Shown here: positions 1 through 8,521 of the stretch, piece after piece
Layout: each line of letters starts with the position of its first letter
Position numbering within the stretch: the first letter of the stretch is position 1
Assembly: GCA_049320885.1 (NCBI GenBank)
Contig: JBMORA010000064.1
Span: 1 to 64,000, forward strand
DNA from: Thermodesulfobacteriota bacterium
GTDB lineage: Bacteria > Desulfobacterota > Desulfobacteria > Desulfobacterales > SURF-7
Reading direction: 5' to 3'
Length of the DNA stretch: 64,000 nucleotides
Program-made: the position numbers and the translations under genes
Notes under the pieces: generated by a model
Seen by the model: only the letters and a program-made list of their open reading frames with translations
The model's database searches: none
What the model was told of the DNA's origin: nothing

Positions 1-48
1 AAATAATGAGGGATGAAAAAAGAAAAAAAGGTTGTCGTTTTTCAGTGA

Positions 49-1641
49 TTAAATTAGATTTTGAAAATCTGTCGCCGGGGGATTTTGACCCGGCCATGGG
101 TGGGGGATTTTCAAGTGGCCATCGGGGTTTAGAGGTTCCACTACTACTATTCCGAGAATTGAAGTTTTTCCGATTATAAATCTATGGTAAATTTTAATCG
201 TCACGTCCTTAAATGTTTTTAAGCCAGAGAAAGATCCTTCTGTTCCAAAAACCGATTCTTCAATTCGAATTTCCGGTTCATCTATTCCTGAGATATTGGC
301 CTGATTTTTCAGGTATTCTCTGAATGATTTTTTAAGATCATTTTTGATAATAGTAAGGGGTAGGCACTCTGCACGAAGAAAAGGGCGTTCTGTTTCTGAC
401 TCACTCTGCACCATTAAACTTTTTATACCATTAAATTCAGCATTAACTATTTTTGTTTTTACTGGAAAGTCAACGGTAAACTCACAGGATTCAATTGATT
501 TAAAGGCGATAGTTTTTGTTTTGGGGGCATTTTCATTTTTTCTTGAATAATTTGCTTTATATTGAACAATCAACTTTTGTGCTTCGAAAATTTGGGTTGG
601 AGACATCTTGCCCTTTATAAAAGCGAGATTATCTCGTGACGCTTTATGATTTTTTTCTGCAGCAATACCCCACCATTTATAAGCTTCAATGTAATTTTTC
701 TGAATTCCCTCGCCCTTGGCATACAACACGCCCAGACTGCATTGAGCTTCAACATATCCCTGACCAGCAGCCATACCATACCATTTAGCCGCTTTTTTCC
801 AATCTTTTTGAACTCCCACCCCATCATCATACATCATCGCCAGGTTATTCTGAGCTTCTGCAAACCCTTTTTCTGCTGCTTTTTTATACCATTTGGCAGC
901 AATTTTATTATCCTGTAATACACCCTTTCCCTCACTATACAATACACCTAAATTGTGCTCGGCCGCTACATATCCCTTCTCAGCGGATAGAGAAAACCAT
1001 TTAAATGCTTGCTCGTAATTTTGAACTACTCCGTTTCCATTCATATATAACAGACCAAGGTTATATTGGGCTTCTGCAGACCCATTTCCTGCTGCTTTGG
1101 TGTACCAAGAAATCGCTTTTTTGTAATCTTTTATAACACCTAAACCATCAGCGTACATAACACCAAGATTGCATTGTGCTATTGCAAACCCCTTTTCCGC
1201 CGCCTTGGTAAACCATCTAATTGCTTGCTGGTAATCTTGCGGTGTCCCATTACCAGTTAAATGCATAGATCCGAGATTGAATTGCGCTGCAGCATAACCT
1301 TGATTTGCAGAAAGAGTAAACCACTTAATGGCTTCTTTATATTCCTGTAATACTCCATTTCCTGTGAAATACATTATACCAATATTGAATTGGGCTTCTG
1401 CATTCCCTTGTGAAGCGGATTTTTGCAACCATTTAATTGCTTCAGAATAGTTTTGCGTAAGCCCTTCTTGTCCTTCATAATATAGTTCTCCGAGTTTTGA
1501 TTGGGCATCTGCGTTACCATTATTGGCCTTGGTTCTTAATTCTGCTATATTCTTGTAATCATATGCAAAGGTTTTAATTCCTAAAAAACAATAAAACGAT
1601 AGCAAGCCAATGGTTAATCCCACGGATTTTAATTGTATCAT
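49..1641 (-). CDS. Secreted Sel1-like repeat protein; C-terminus probably truncated by the IS-like end
   Basis: N-terminal signal peptide; eight 36-aa repeats of the form G-x-A-x-A-Q-x-N-L-G-x-x-Y-x-x-G...A-x-x-W-(F/Y)-x-K-A-A; the last ~20 codons (DGHLKIPHPWPGQNPPA...) read through the IS-like repeats. Confidence 0.9.
   Translation of the reverse strand: MIQLKSVGLTIGLLSFYCFLGIKTFAYDYKNIAELRTKANNGNADAQSKLGELYYEGQEGLTQNYSEAIKWLQKSASQGNAEAQFNIGIMYFTGNGVLQEYKEAIKWFTLSANQGYAAAQFNLGSMHLTGNGTPQDYQQAIRWFTKAAEKGFAIAQCNLGVMYADGLGVIKDYKKAISWYTKAAGNGSAEAQYNLGLLYMNGNGVVQNYEQAFKWFSLSAEKGYVAAEHNLGVLYSEGKGVLQDNKIAAKWYKKAAEKGFAEAQNNLAMMYDDGVGVQKDWKKAAKWYGMAAGQGYVEAQCSLGVLYAKGEGIQKNYIEAYKWWGIAAEKNHKASRDNLAFIKGKMSPTQIFEAQKLIVQYKANYSRKNENAPKTKTIAFKSIESCEFTVDFPVKTKIVNAEFNGIKSLMVQSESETERPFLRAECLPLTIIKNDLKKSFREYLKNQANISGIDEPEIRIEESVFGTEGSFSGLKTFKDVTIKIYHRFIIGKTSILGIVVVEPLNPDGHLKIPHPWPGQNPPATDFQNLI
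77..127. mobile_element. IS21-family-like terminal repeat region (element lies to the left)
   Basis: Two 21-bp direct repeats 25 bp apart, GGGGGATTTT-GACCC-GGCCAT (77-97) and GGGGGATTTT-CAAGT-GGCCAT (102-122), followed by CGGGG. This tandem arrangement is typical of IS21-family ends. Confidence 0.7.
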
Positions 1642-2141
1642 AGTTTCGCTTTTCCCTTATAGTTAGGTGTTGCAGAGCCATAGCGTCTACACATCCGATA
1701 TCCTATTAATTTTGCATTTCAAACCAAATACAAAAGCATCCCTCTACTACTGGATGCAATTGTAGGTGTGGGTATATACATGTCGTAATCAACCAGCGCG
1801 GACTTTTTGGCAATTCGATTGACAGCACTCCAAAAAAGGTCGGTAATAGAACCAATGGAAAGGCAACAGAAATACATCCCAAAGCCGGAAAAGGTGTGCC
1901 TTCGCGATCTGAAGAAGGACCCCAACACACCGAGGTGTTATATAGTAGAGTATCCTCCCGAACAACCGGATATGTTAAAGCCGGTTCCACCAAATTACGG
2001 TTTCCCTCCGAAGCCGCTACGCTTTTAGCCGATTGTATCATCCATAGTGCGTTCGCTGGATAGACAACCTCCCCCAAAGTTTACCGCTGCTACTCCTCCA
2101 GAACCTTCGCGGCTCGCCTTTGGCTCATCCCAGAAATCATT

Positions 2142-2279
2142 TCACAGAGCGCGCTTCAAGGGCTGATGTTTCGGACCGAATGCCCGCACCCTGACTTCAG
2201 AAAGCCTCAAAATGGCGTCACCGAGTTTTCTCATTTGTGAATGGATATCCTTCAGAAGTCTTTTGTTTCGCTTGTCCAT
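2142..2279 (-). CDS. 45-aa basic small protein (MDKRNKRLLKDIHSQMRKLGDAILRLSEVRVRAFGPKHQPLKRAL)
   Basis: Translated by hand; AGGAGG Shine-Dalgarno just upstream of the ATG; below the ORF-track size cutoff. Confidence 0.5.
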   Translation of the reverse strand: MDKRNKRLLKDIHSQMRKLGDAILRLSEVRVRAFGPKHQPLKRAL

Positions 2280-2497
2280 AGGGCCTCCTGGGTGGTTTGG
2301 CCTTCAGTTACTCTGCAAATCACAAGCTGCCTGAAGACTTTTGTTGATAGTGCTGGTGCGTGGGGTGGTGATGCTGTTCCTTGATGGGTTCTTTACCAGA
2401 TGCTTCAAACCTTTCTCAACCAGCATACGGACAGCCTGTTACAGTAACTTTCACACTGCAAGATGCACAGCACTGATTGAGGTAAGATTCCGTAAAT

Positions 2498-2938
2498 TTA
2501 TTCCAACTCGCTTGAGAAAAATTCATTTTTTACATCTTCTTGTTTTGACTCACTGAGTCGAATAAATTCATCCAATACCATAATTTCCTTTTTAAACCAC
2601 CCTCTCCTGATATCCTGTTTTTCTTCGATAGACCTTTTGGCATAATTAGGACTATCTTTGATTGCTTCCCAATCCTTTAATTGAATTTTGTAAGTTTGTT
2701 CCCAATTACGCAATTTTAGTTTTTCAAGTATAATTCTGCTTTGTTTATCTTTTTCGTATATATTTTCGTTTGAAAAAACAACCACGTCTGTTCCGTCCAT
2801 CGCTACTATCTCACCACTCTGCTTATTGAACCTATATAAATTGCCGTCTTTATCAAATTCAAACTCATAAATGCCTGGTGCCCCAATTAAATCACACCCA
2901 TAAAACATCAACAGAAAAAAGCAAAATAATATCCGCAC
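2498..2938 (-). CDS. Hypothetical lipoprotein
   Basis: GTG start with GGGAGG RBS; hydrophobic leader ending in a lipobox-like FYG-C; AT-rich. Confidence 0.7.
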   Translation of the reverse strand: MRILFCFFLLMFYGCDLIGAPGIYEFEFDKDGNLYRFNKQSGEIVAMDGTDVVVFSNENIYEKDKQSRIILEKLKLRNWEQTYKIQLKDWEAIKDSPNYAKRSIEEKQDIRRGWFKKEIMVLDEFIRLSESKQEDVKNEFFSSELE

Positions 2939-3164
2939 TGTTCACACCTCCCCTAATACTTGTCTCAAACTGGATTAAAAGGCAATGCTGTTGTTTTTTG
3001 ATGTCGATTTTATCAATGCTGGATATTAACGAGTGTTAACAAAACTATCGTTACCTGTCAAATTTATTGCAATAAAACAATATTATGTATGGATAATTTT
3101 GACGAGCATCCTGATGCCATGCCAGAATATGAACCCGCTCACCCTTCCCGAAGGGCGGCAGGGA

Positions 3165-3480
3165 TTTTCGTTTCCGAAAACAAAAAACATTGATGCCGGT
3201 TTGAAAATCAATTACGTTACCGGAAACGAAAATGATTCACATGGGGGATTCATGCGCGGAAGACCGAAAAAGCACGAAACCGATTCGGCCAGGGTGAAGG
3301 CATACCGGAACCGGAAAAATGCCGAAGGGCGGCGGTTGGATATCTTTGTTAAAGCGGAAGCCTCTTGGAGACTGACGAAACTGGCGGCGGCCTGGGAGTG
3401 CTCCAAGGGGCAGGTGATTGAGCGTCTTATCATGGAAGCCGATGAACGGTATGAAGAAATTTTGTTTCCGGAAACGAAAT
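3165..3480. repeat. Three copies of a 22-bp imperfect palindrome (consensus WTTTCGTTTCC|GGAAACGAAAW)
   Basis: 3165-3186 TTTTCGTTTCCGAAAACAAAAA; 3211-3232 ATTACGTTACCGGAAACGAAAA; 3459-3480 ATTTTGTTTCCGGAAACGAAAT. Confidence 0.8.
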
Positions 3481-3485
3481 ACTGA
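3252..3485 (+). CDS. Small DNA-binding protein (77 aa; RGRPKK basic N-terminus plus ribbon-helix-helix-like region)
   Basis: ATG at 3252 after GGGGGA RBS; MRGRPKK...ARVKAYRNRK...RRLDIFV...LTKLAAAWECSKGQVIERLI pattern resembles RHH regulators of mobile elements. Confidence 0.7.
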   Translation: MRGRPKKHETDSARVKAYRNRKNAEGRRLDIFVKAEASWRLTKLAAAWECSKGQVIERLIMEADERYEEILFPETKY

Positions 3486-3501
3486 ACACCTGGAGACGGT
3501 C

Positions 3502-3531
3502 TTGACATGGTGGCCCGGGCCGGCATATGTT
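3502..3531 (+). promoter_or_regulatory. Sigma70-like promoter
   Basis: TTGACA-N18-TATGTT; a mirror-image TTGACA lies on the minus strand at 3545-3550. Confidence 0.5.
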
Positions 3532-3622
3532 CACCACACCCCACTGTCAAAGCCGGATCATTCCAGAAGCCGGCAATCTCAAAAAAGCCGGAACCTCATA
3601 CCCCTATCCGGCAACCATGATG

Positions 3623-3656
3623 AAACCCGGTCAGCAATGGCCGGGTTTTTCATTTC
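3623..3656 (+). terminator. Intrinsic terminator-like hairpin
   Basis: AAACCCGGTCA-GCAA-TGGCCGGGTTT, GNRA loop, T-rich tail. Confidence 0.7.
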
Positions 3657-3772
3657 TGGAGTCCGGCAACCTGGATGGAGTGGCCGGAAACAGGGCCGGG
3701 GCCATGCCGGGACGATAGAACCGGGAAGCGGGGAAAAACTGTTTTTGTCCGTGAAGGTTGGAAATGGGGTTG

Positions 3773-3820
3773 GAAAAGAAAAAGGGCTCAGAGGTTGAAT
3801 TCCTCTAAGCCCTTGTTTTT
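3773..3820 (-). terminator. Hairpin/terminator downstream of tRNA-Asn (possibly part of the att region)
   Basis: AAGGGCTCAGAGG-TTGAATT-CCTCTAAGCCCTT (3782-3814) with A/T runs on both sides. Confidence 0.75.
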
Positions 3821-3822
3821 GT

Positions 3823-3898
3823 TGGCTCCCCAGCACGGACTCGAACCGCGGACACGGTGGTTAACAGCCACCTGCTCTGCCGACTGAGCTACTGGGGA
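3823..3898 (-). tRNA. tRNA-Asn (GTT)
   Basis: Reverse complement TCCCCAGTAGCTCAGTCGGCAGAGCAGGTGGCTGTTAACCACCGTGTCCGCGGTTCGAGTCCGTGCTGGGGAGCCA: 76 nt, cloverleaf, GTT anticodon, TTCGA T-loop, encoded CCA. Confidence 0.98.
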
Positions 3899-3915
3899 TC
3901 AGATGACAGGTGATC

Positions 3916-3944
3916 TAAATAGTCGATATTCGGGACAGTGTCAA
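3916..3944 (-). promoter_or_regulatory. Sigma70 promoter of tRNA-Asn
   Basis: TTGACA-N17-TATTTA just upstream of the tRNA 5' end. Confidence 0.6.
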
Positions 3945-4034
3945 GGGAAATCCGCCTTTTTTTTGGTTGCCGCGTCGGGTTGATAACCACTTATATTCTT
4001 TTGGATATCCATTATCTATTCCATTAAATATCGA

Positions 4035-5819
4035 TTAAATATCCTTTATCACCTGCAGGGAGAGCTCCAGCAGTTGATCCCGGCCGGCTTCGGACGGTGC
4101 GTCGGTCAGCAGACAGGCGGCCCGCTGGGTTTTCGGGAAGGCGATGACATCCCGGATGGACGACTGGCCGCAAAGGATCATCACCAGGCGGTCGAAGCCG
4201 AAGGCCAGCCCTCCGTGGGGCGGGGCCCCGGAGTCCAGGGCCGTGAGCAGGAAGCCGAATTTCTTTTCATAATCGGCTTGTTCCATGCCCAGGGCCTTCA
4301 GGACGCGTTCCTGAAGCTCCCGTTGATGGATGCGGATGCTACCGCCGCCGATTTCGGAACCGTTGAGCACCAGGTCATAGGCCCGGGAGTAGACCGCCAG
4401 CGGGTCTTTCTCCAGCTTGTCGTAGTCTTCCTCGTAGGGCGCGGTGAAGGGATGATGCAGGGCCTGGTAGCGTTTCTCGGTTTCATCGTATTCGAACATG
4501 GGGAACCGGGTGACCCAGACGAACTTGAACTCGTCTTTCCGGATCAGCCCCAGTTTTTCCGCCAGGTGGTTGCGCAGATGACCCAAGGCTTCGTTGGCGA
4601 CCTTGGCTTGGTCGGCCACGAACAGGATCAGGTCCCCCACCTGCATGTCGATGCGCGCGGTCAGCGCCGCTTTTTCCTCCGGGCTGAAAAATTTGGCGAT
4701 GGGCGACTGCCAGCCGTCTTCCTTGACCTTGATCCAGGCCAGGCCCTTGGCGCGGTAAATGGCGGCGAAGGCGGTGAGGTCGTCGATCTCCTTGCGGGAC
4801 AGGTCCACACAACCCTTGGCGTTCATGGCCTTGACGATCCCGCCCTTGGCCACCACGTCGGCGAACACCTTGAAGCCCGAACCGGCCACGATGTCCGAGA
4901 TGTTCTTGAGTTCCAGGCCGAACCGCAGATCGGGTTTGTCCAGCCCGTAGCGGTCCATGGCGTCATCGTAGGAGAGGCGTCCGAAGGGCAGGGAAAGTTC
5001 CAGCCCCAGGACTTCCTTGAAAACCGCCGCCACCAGACCTTCGGAAATGCTCATGACGTCTTCCTCGCCCACGAAGGACATTTCCATATCGATCTGGGTG
5101 AATTCCGGCTGGCGGTCGGCCCGCAGATCCTCGTCCCGGAAACAGCGTACGATCTGATAATAGCGGTCGAAACCGGCCATCATCAGCAGCTGTTTGAACA
5201 GCTGGGGGGACTGGGGCAGGGCATAGAACTGGCCGCGGTTGACCCGCGACGGCACCAGATAATCCCGCGCGCCCTCGGGGGTGCTGCGGGTGAGCACCGG
5301 GGTTTCGATGTCGAGGAAACCGTTCTCGTTCAGATATTTCCGCACCGTGGCCGCGGCCTTGTGACGGGTGATGAGGTTTTTCTGCAGCTGGGGCCGGCGC
5401 AGATCCACATGGCGGTGCTGGAGCCGGATATTCTCGTTCACGTCCACGCTGTCCTCGATGAGAAAGGGCGGGGTCTGGGCCTTGTTGAGAATGCGCAGCT
5501 CGGAAACCAGCACCTCGATCTCGCCGGTTTTCAGATTGGGATTGATCATTCCCTCCGGCCGGGCGTTAACCCGGCCTTGGATTCCGATCACGTATTCACT
5601 CCGCAGGTCATGGGCCTTGGCGTGGGCCGCCGGTTCGAATTCCGGATTGAAGACCACCTGGGTGATGCCGTTGCGGTCGCGCAGATCGATGAAAATCACC
5701 CCGCCGTGGTCCCGGCGGCGCTGCACCCAGCCCATCAGGACGACTTCGCCGCCGATATGGGCGCTGCCCAGATCGTTGCAGGTATGCGTCCGTCTCATGT
5801 TTCCCAAGATATCAGTCAA
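4035..5819 (-). CDS. aspS: Aspartate-tRNA(Asp/Asn) ligase
   Basis: [55 protein letters not shown] motifs; TTG start at 5819 after AAGGAG. Confidence 0.97.
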   Translation of the reverse strand: MTDILGNMRRTHTCNDLGSAHIGGEVVLMGWVQRRRDHGGVIFIDLRDRNGITQVVFNPEFEPAAHAKAHDLRSEYVIGIQGRVNARPEGMINPNLKTGEIEVLVSELRILNKAQTPPFLIEDSVDVNENIRLQHRHVDLRRPQLQKNLITRHKAAATVRKYLNENGFLDIETPVLTRSTPEGARDYLVPSRVNRGQFYALPQSPQLFKQLLMMAGFDRYYQIVRCFRDEDLRADRQPEFTQIDMEMSFVGEEDVMSISEGLVAAVFKEVLGLELSLPFGRLSYDDAMDRYGLDKPDLRFGLELKNISDIVAGSGFKVFADVVAKGGIVKAMNAKGCVDLSRKEIDDLTAFAAIYRAKGLAWIKVKEDGWQSPIAKFFSPEEKAALTARIDMQVGDLILFVADQAKVANEALGHLRNHLAEKLGLIRKDEFKFVWVTRFPMFEYDETEKRYQALHHPFTAPYEEDYDKLEKDPLAVYSRAYDLVLNGSEIGGGSIRIHQRELQERVLKALGMEQADYEKKFGFLLTALDSGAPPHGGLAFGFDRLVMILCGQSSIRDVIAFPKTQRAACLLTDAPSEAGRDQLLELSLQVIKDI

Positions 5820-5844
5820 TGGATCACTCCTTTTATATTGCGTA

Positions 5845-7119
5845 TTATTCTCGCGGGCCCGCGGCTGTTTCCAGAATCGAGCGCAGGCTGGCGACAATGC
5901 CGTCAAGGCCGATGTCGCGCTGCTCCTTGGTGAGCATGTCTCTCAGGATGGCCCGGCCCGCCGCCAGTTCGTTTTCGCCGATAATGAGGACATGGCGGCT
6001 TCCGAGCCGGTCGGCGCGTTTCAGCATGCTTTTCAGATTTTTGCCGGACAGGTCCATTTCCGTGCGAATGCCTTCGGCACTCAGTTCCGCGGCCCAGGGG
6101 TAGGCCCTGGCCATGGCTTCCTCCCCCATGGCGGCCAGGAAGATTCGCGGCGGGCGATGGAAATCGGCGGGTTTCCAGGCGCTGATCTCCACCAGGCGGT
6201 CGAAGCCGATGGCGAATCCGATCCCCGGCAGAGGCGGCCCGCCCAGGATTTCGACCAGGCCGTTGTAACGCCCGCCTCCGGCAACGGCGTTTTGGGCGCC
6301 CAGGGAGCCCGTGAGGATTTCAAAGGTCGTGCGGGTATAATAATCCAGTCCCCTGACCAGGCGTTTGTCGATGGTGAAAGCCACCTGCCGGTCGGACAGG
6401 GTTTCCTGCACGGTATCAAAATGACGCCGGCAATCCGGGCAGAGAAAATCGGTGATGGCCGGCGCATCGGTCAGGGCTTCCCGGCAGGCGGGGACCTTGC
6501 AATCCAGCACGCGCATGGGATTCCGGGAGCTTCTGCGCCGGCAGTTTTCGCACAGTCCTTCCGTGCGGCTGTCCAGGTAACTCGTCAGGGTGTCGCGAAA
6601 ACCCGGGCGGCAGGCCGGGCAGCCCAGGGAGTTCAGATGAACCGCGACATCCTTCACGGCCAGACGGTCGAACAGGATGGTCAGCATGTGGATCAACTGG
6701 GCGTCGATGAGCGGCGATTCGATGCCGAACACTTCGGCGTTGATCTGGTAAAACTGCCGGTACCGCCCCTTCTGGGGTCGTTCCCGGCGGAACATGGGGC
6801 CGATGGTATACAGCTTCTGGATCGGATCGGCGGCGTACAGTTTGTGCTGGATATAGGACCGCACGATGGAGGCGGTGGCTTCCGGCCGCAAGGTGATGGT
6901 GTCACCGTCGCGGTCCGCGAAGGTATACATCTCCTTCTCAACGATGTCGGTTTCCTCCCCGATGCTGCGCTTGAACAGTTCGGTGCGCTCCATGATTGGC
7001 GGCCGGATCTCCTGGAAACCGAAATCCTCGAAAAGGATCCGGGCGGTTTCCTCGATGTGTTGCCAGAGGGCCGCTTCCGCGGGCAGAATGTCCTTGAAAC
7101 CTCGAATCAGCTGAATCAT
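5845..7119 (-). CDS. hisS: Histidine-tRNA ligase
   Basis: [36 protein letters not shown] motifs. Confidence 0.97.
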   Translation of the reverse strand: MIQLIRGFKDILPAEAALWQHIEETARILFEDFGFQEIRPPIMERTELFKRSIGEETDIVEKEMYTFADRDGDTITLRPEATASIVRSYIQHKLYAADPIQKLYTIGPMFRRERPQKGRYRQFYQINAEVFGIESPLIDAQLIHMLTILFDRLAVKDVAVHLNSLGCPACRPGFRDTLTSYLDSRTEGLCENCRRRSSRNPMRVLDCKVPACREALTDAPAITDFLCPDCRRHFDTVQETLSDRQVAFTIDKRLVRGLDYYTRTTFEILTGSLGAQNAVAGGGRYNGLVEILGGPPLPGIGFAIGFDRLVEISAWKPADFHRPPRIFLAAMGEEAMARAYPWAAELSAEGIRTEMDLSGKNLKSMLKRADRLGSRHVLIIGENELAAGRAILRDMLTKEQRDIGLDGIVASLRSILETAAGPRE

Positions 7120-7166
7120 GTTGTCAATCCGGCGCTCCCGCTTGTTGGGTTCATAATAAACGCGGA

Positions 7167-7196
7167 ATGTTACCGCAGCGCTCCGTGTAAAGTCAA
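7167..7196 (-). promoter_or_regulatory. Sigma70 promoter for hisS-aspS
   Basis: TTGACT-N18-TAACAT; a divergent TTGACA lies at 7211-7216 on the plus strand. Confidence 0.5.
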
Positions 7197-7315
7197 TACC
7201 AATGTTTTTCTTGACAGGCCGGGGTGATGATTATATTTTTACATGTAAAACTAAACAGTTAAATCAATCGGCGCGCCATGCTGCCACGGCGGTGCGCGAA
7301 ATCCGGGGGGGCATC

Positions 7316-7555
7316 ATGAGACGGTACTGCTGGCTGGCTATTTTGCTATATGCAACGACTTTTTGGGGCTGTTTCGGCAATCAGGCCCAGGAATGGTATG
7401 AAACCGCCGAGCTGGAGGAAATCCAGAACAGCAAAGATCACGCCGGGCAATTATACCGCCGGATCATCGCGGAGTACCCGGACAGCGAGTATGCCCGCAA
7501 GGCCGCGGAACGTCTTGCGGCAATGGAGGGTGGCAAGGCCGGGACCACTCCCTGA
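7316..7555 (+). CDS. Small TPR-like lipoprotein
   Basis: Leader ending FWG-C; A-x-x-L-Y-x-x-I-I-x-x-Y-P-D-S-x-Y-A-x-x-A TPR-like helix pair. Confidence 0.7.
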   Translation: MRRYCWLAILLYATTFWGCFGNQAQEWYETAELEEIQNSKDHAGQLYRRIIAEYPDSEYARKAAERLAAMEGGKAGTTP

Positions 7556-7591
7556 GATGATCCGGGTTCGTGGCTATTTGGAGGAATCGGC

Positions 7592-8473
7592 ATGAAACCG
7601 TCATTTGCGGTCATCGGTTGCGGAAAAGTGGGGTCGGCGCTGGCCGCCCGGCTGACAGCCGCGGGCTATCCGTTGGTTGGGGCCGCCAGTCGGACCATCG
7701 AATCGGCGCGGAAACTGGGCTGTCATGGGGAATCCGTCCCCTGTTCCACCTCCCCCTGGGAAGTGACGTCTGCGGCGGAGATTGTGCTGATCACGACCCC
7801 CGACGGTCTGATCGAGAAGACCTGCCGGGAAATCGCCGACAGGCAGGGCTTTAAAGAGAATGCCGTGGTATTGCATTGCAGCGGGGTGCTGCCATCGACG
7901 ATTCTGTCGACTGCGGAAAGCGGCAAGGCCTCCATCGGCTCCCTGCATCCATTGCAGAGTTTTGCCGGCCTGAAGGTTCATGCCAACCCGTTTGCGGGAA
8001 TCATCATCGCCATCGAGGGACAGGGACAGGCTCTTTCCACGGCCCGGCAAATGGCGGAGGATCTGGGCGCCCGGTGCCTGCCGATCAAGACCGAGGCCAA
8101 GACGCTCTACCATGCCGCGGCCGTCATGGCATCCAACTATCTGGTGACGCTCCAGGCATCGGCCATTGCACTTCTGCAGGAGGCGGGCATTCCCCGGCAG
8201 GAAGCGTTCAGCGTGCTCAAACCGCTGCTTCAGGGAACCCTGGCGAATATCGAAAAGCTCGGGGTGGACGCGGCCTTGACAGGGCCCATCGCCCGGGGAG
8301 ACCTCCAGACGGTGGGCAACCACGTCGCCGCCATCGGACGGTTTTCGCCGGTCATGCTGGAATTATACAACGTCCTGGGACGGCACACGATTCCCATCGC
8401 CCGAAAAGCCGGTATTCCTGAAACCGTGGCGGATGCATTGGCACGGATGCTGGCAGAAGAACCGCAGCGGTAG
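7592..8473 (+). CDS. Rossmann-fold/DUF2520 oxidoreductase (PanG-like)
   Basis: GCGKVG nucleotide-binding motif, LHCSG, HPLQSF, YHAAAVMASN, LTGPIARGD. Confidence 0.9.
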   Translation: MKPSFAVIGCGKVGSALAARLTAAGYPLVGAASRTIESARKLGCHGESVPCSTSPWEVTSAAEIVLITTPDGLIEKTCREIADRQGFKENAVVLHCSGVLPSTILSTAESGKASIGSLHPLQSFAGLKVHANPFAGIIIAIEGQGQALSTARQMAEDLGARCLPIKTEAKTLYHAAAVMASNYLVTLQASAIALLQEAGIPRQEAFSVLKPLLQGTLANIEKLGVDAALTGPIARGDLQTVGNHVAAIGRFSPVMLELYNVLGRHTIPIARKAGIPETVADALARMLAEEPQR

Positions 8474-8521
8474 CCAGGCTCCTTCCATCCCTTCCGGAAA
8501 GGAATTCATATCCGGTAAGGG

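Larger units (their letters stand above)
1..3822. mobile_element. Right-hand end of a genomic island adjoining the 3' end of tRNA-Asn (extends beyond the left edge of the window)
   Basis: Visibly AT-rich genes (128-1640, 2500-3110) against a GC-rich core; cargo of hypothetical genes; IS-like end; stops at the tRNA 3' end with a hairpin and short direct repeats. No integrase is visible in the window. Confidence 0.7.

Noticed and set aside
1706..2077. ORFs 1706-2077, 1719-1928 and 1807-2028 as genes, or a group II intron remnant
   Set aside because: Overlapping ORFs with weak starts and no motifs; no intron domain V/VI recognisable.
3545..3730. CRISPR array or mini-array
   Set aside because: Repeats are only 7-10 bp with 10-20 bp gaps, and there are no cas genes; kept only as an sRNA/iteron candidate.
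4074..7227. Two 619-aa plus-strand ORFs
   Set aside because: Antisense shadows of aspS and hisS caused by GC-rich codon bias; no recognisable motifs.
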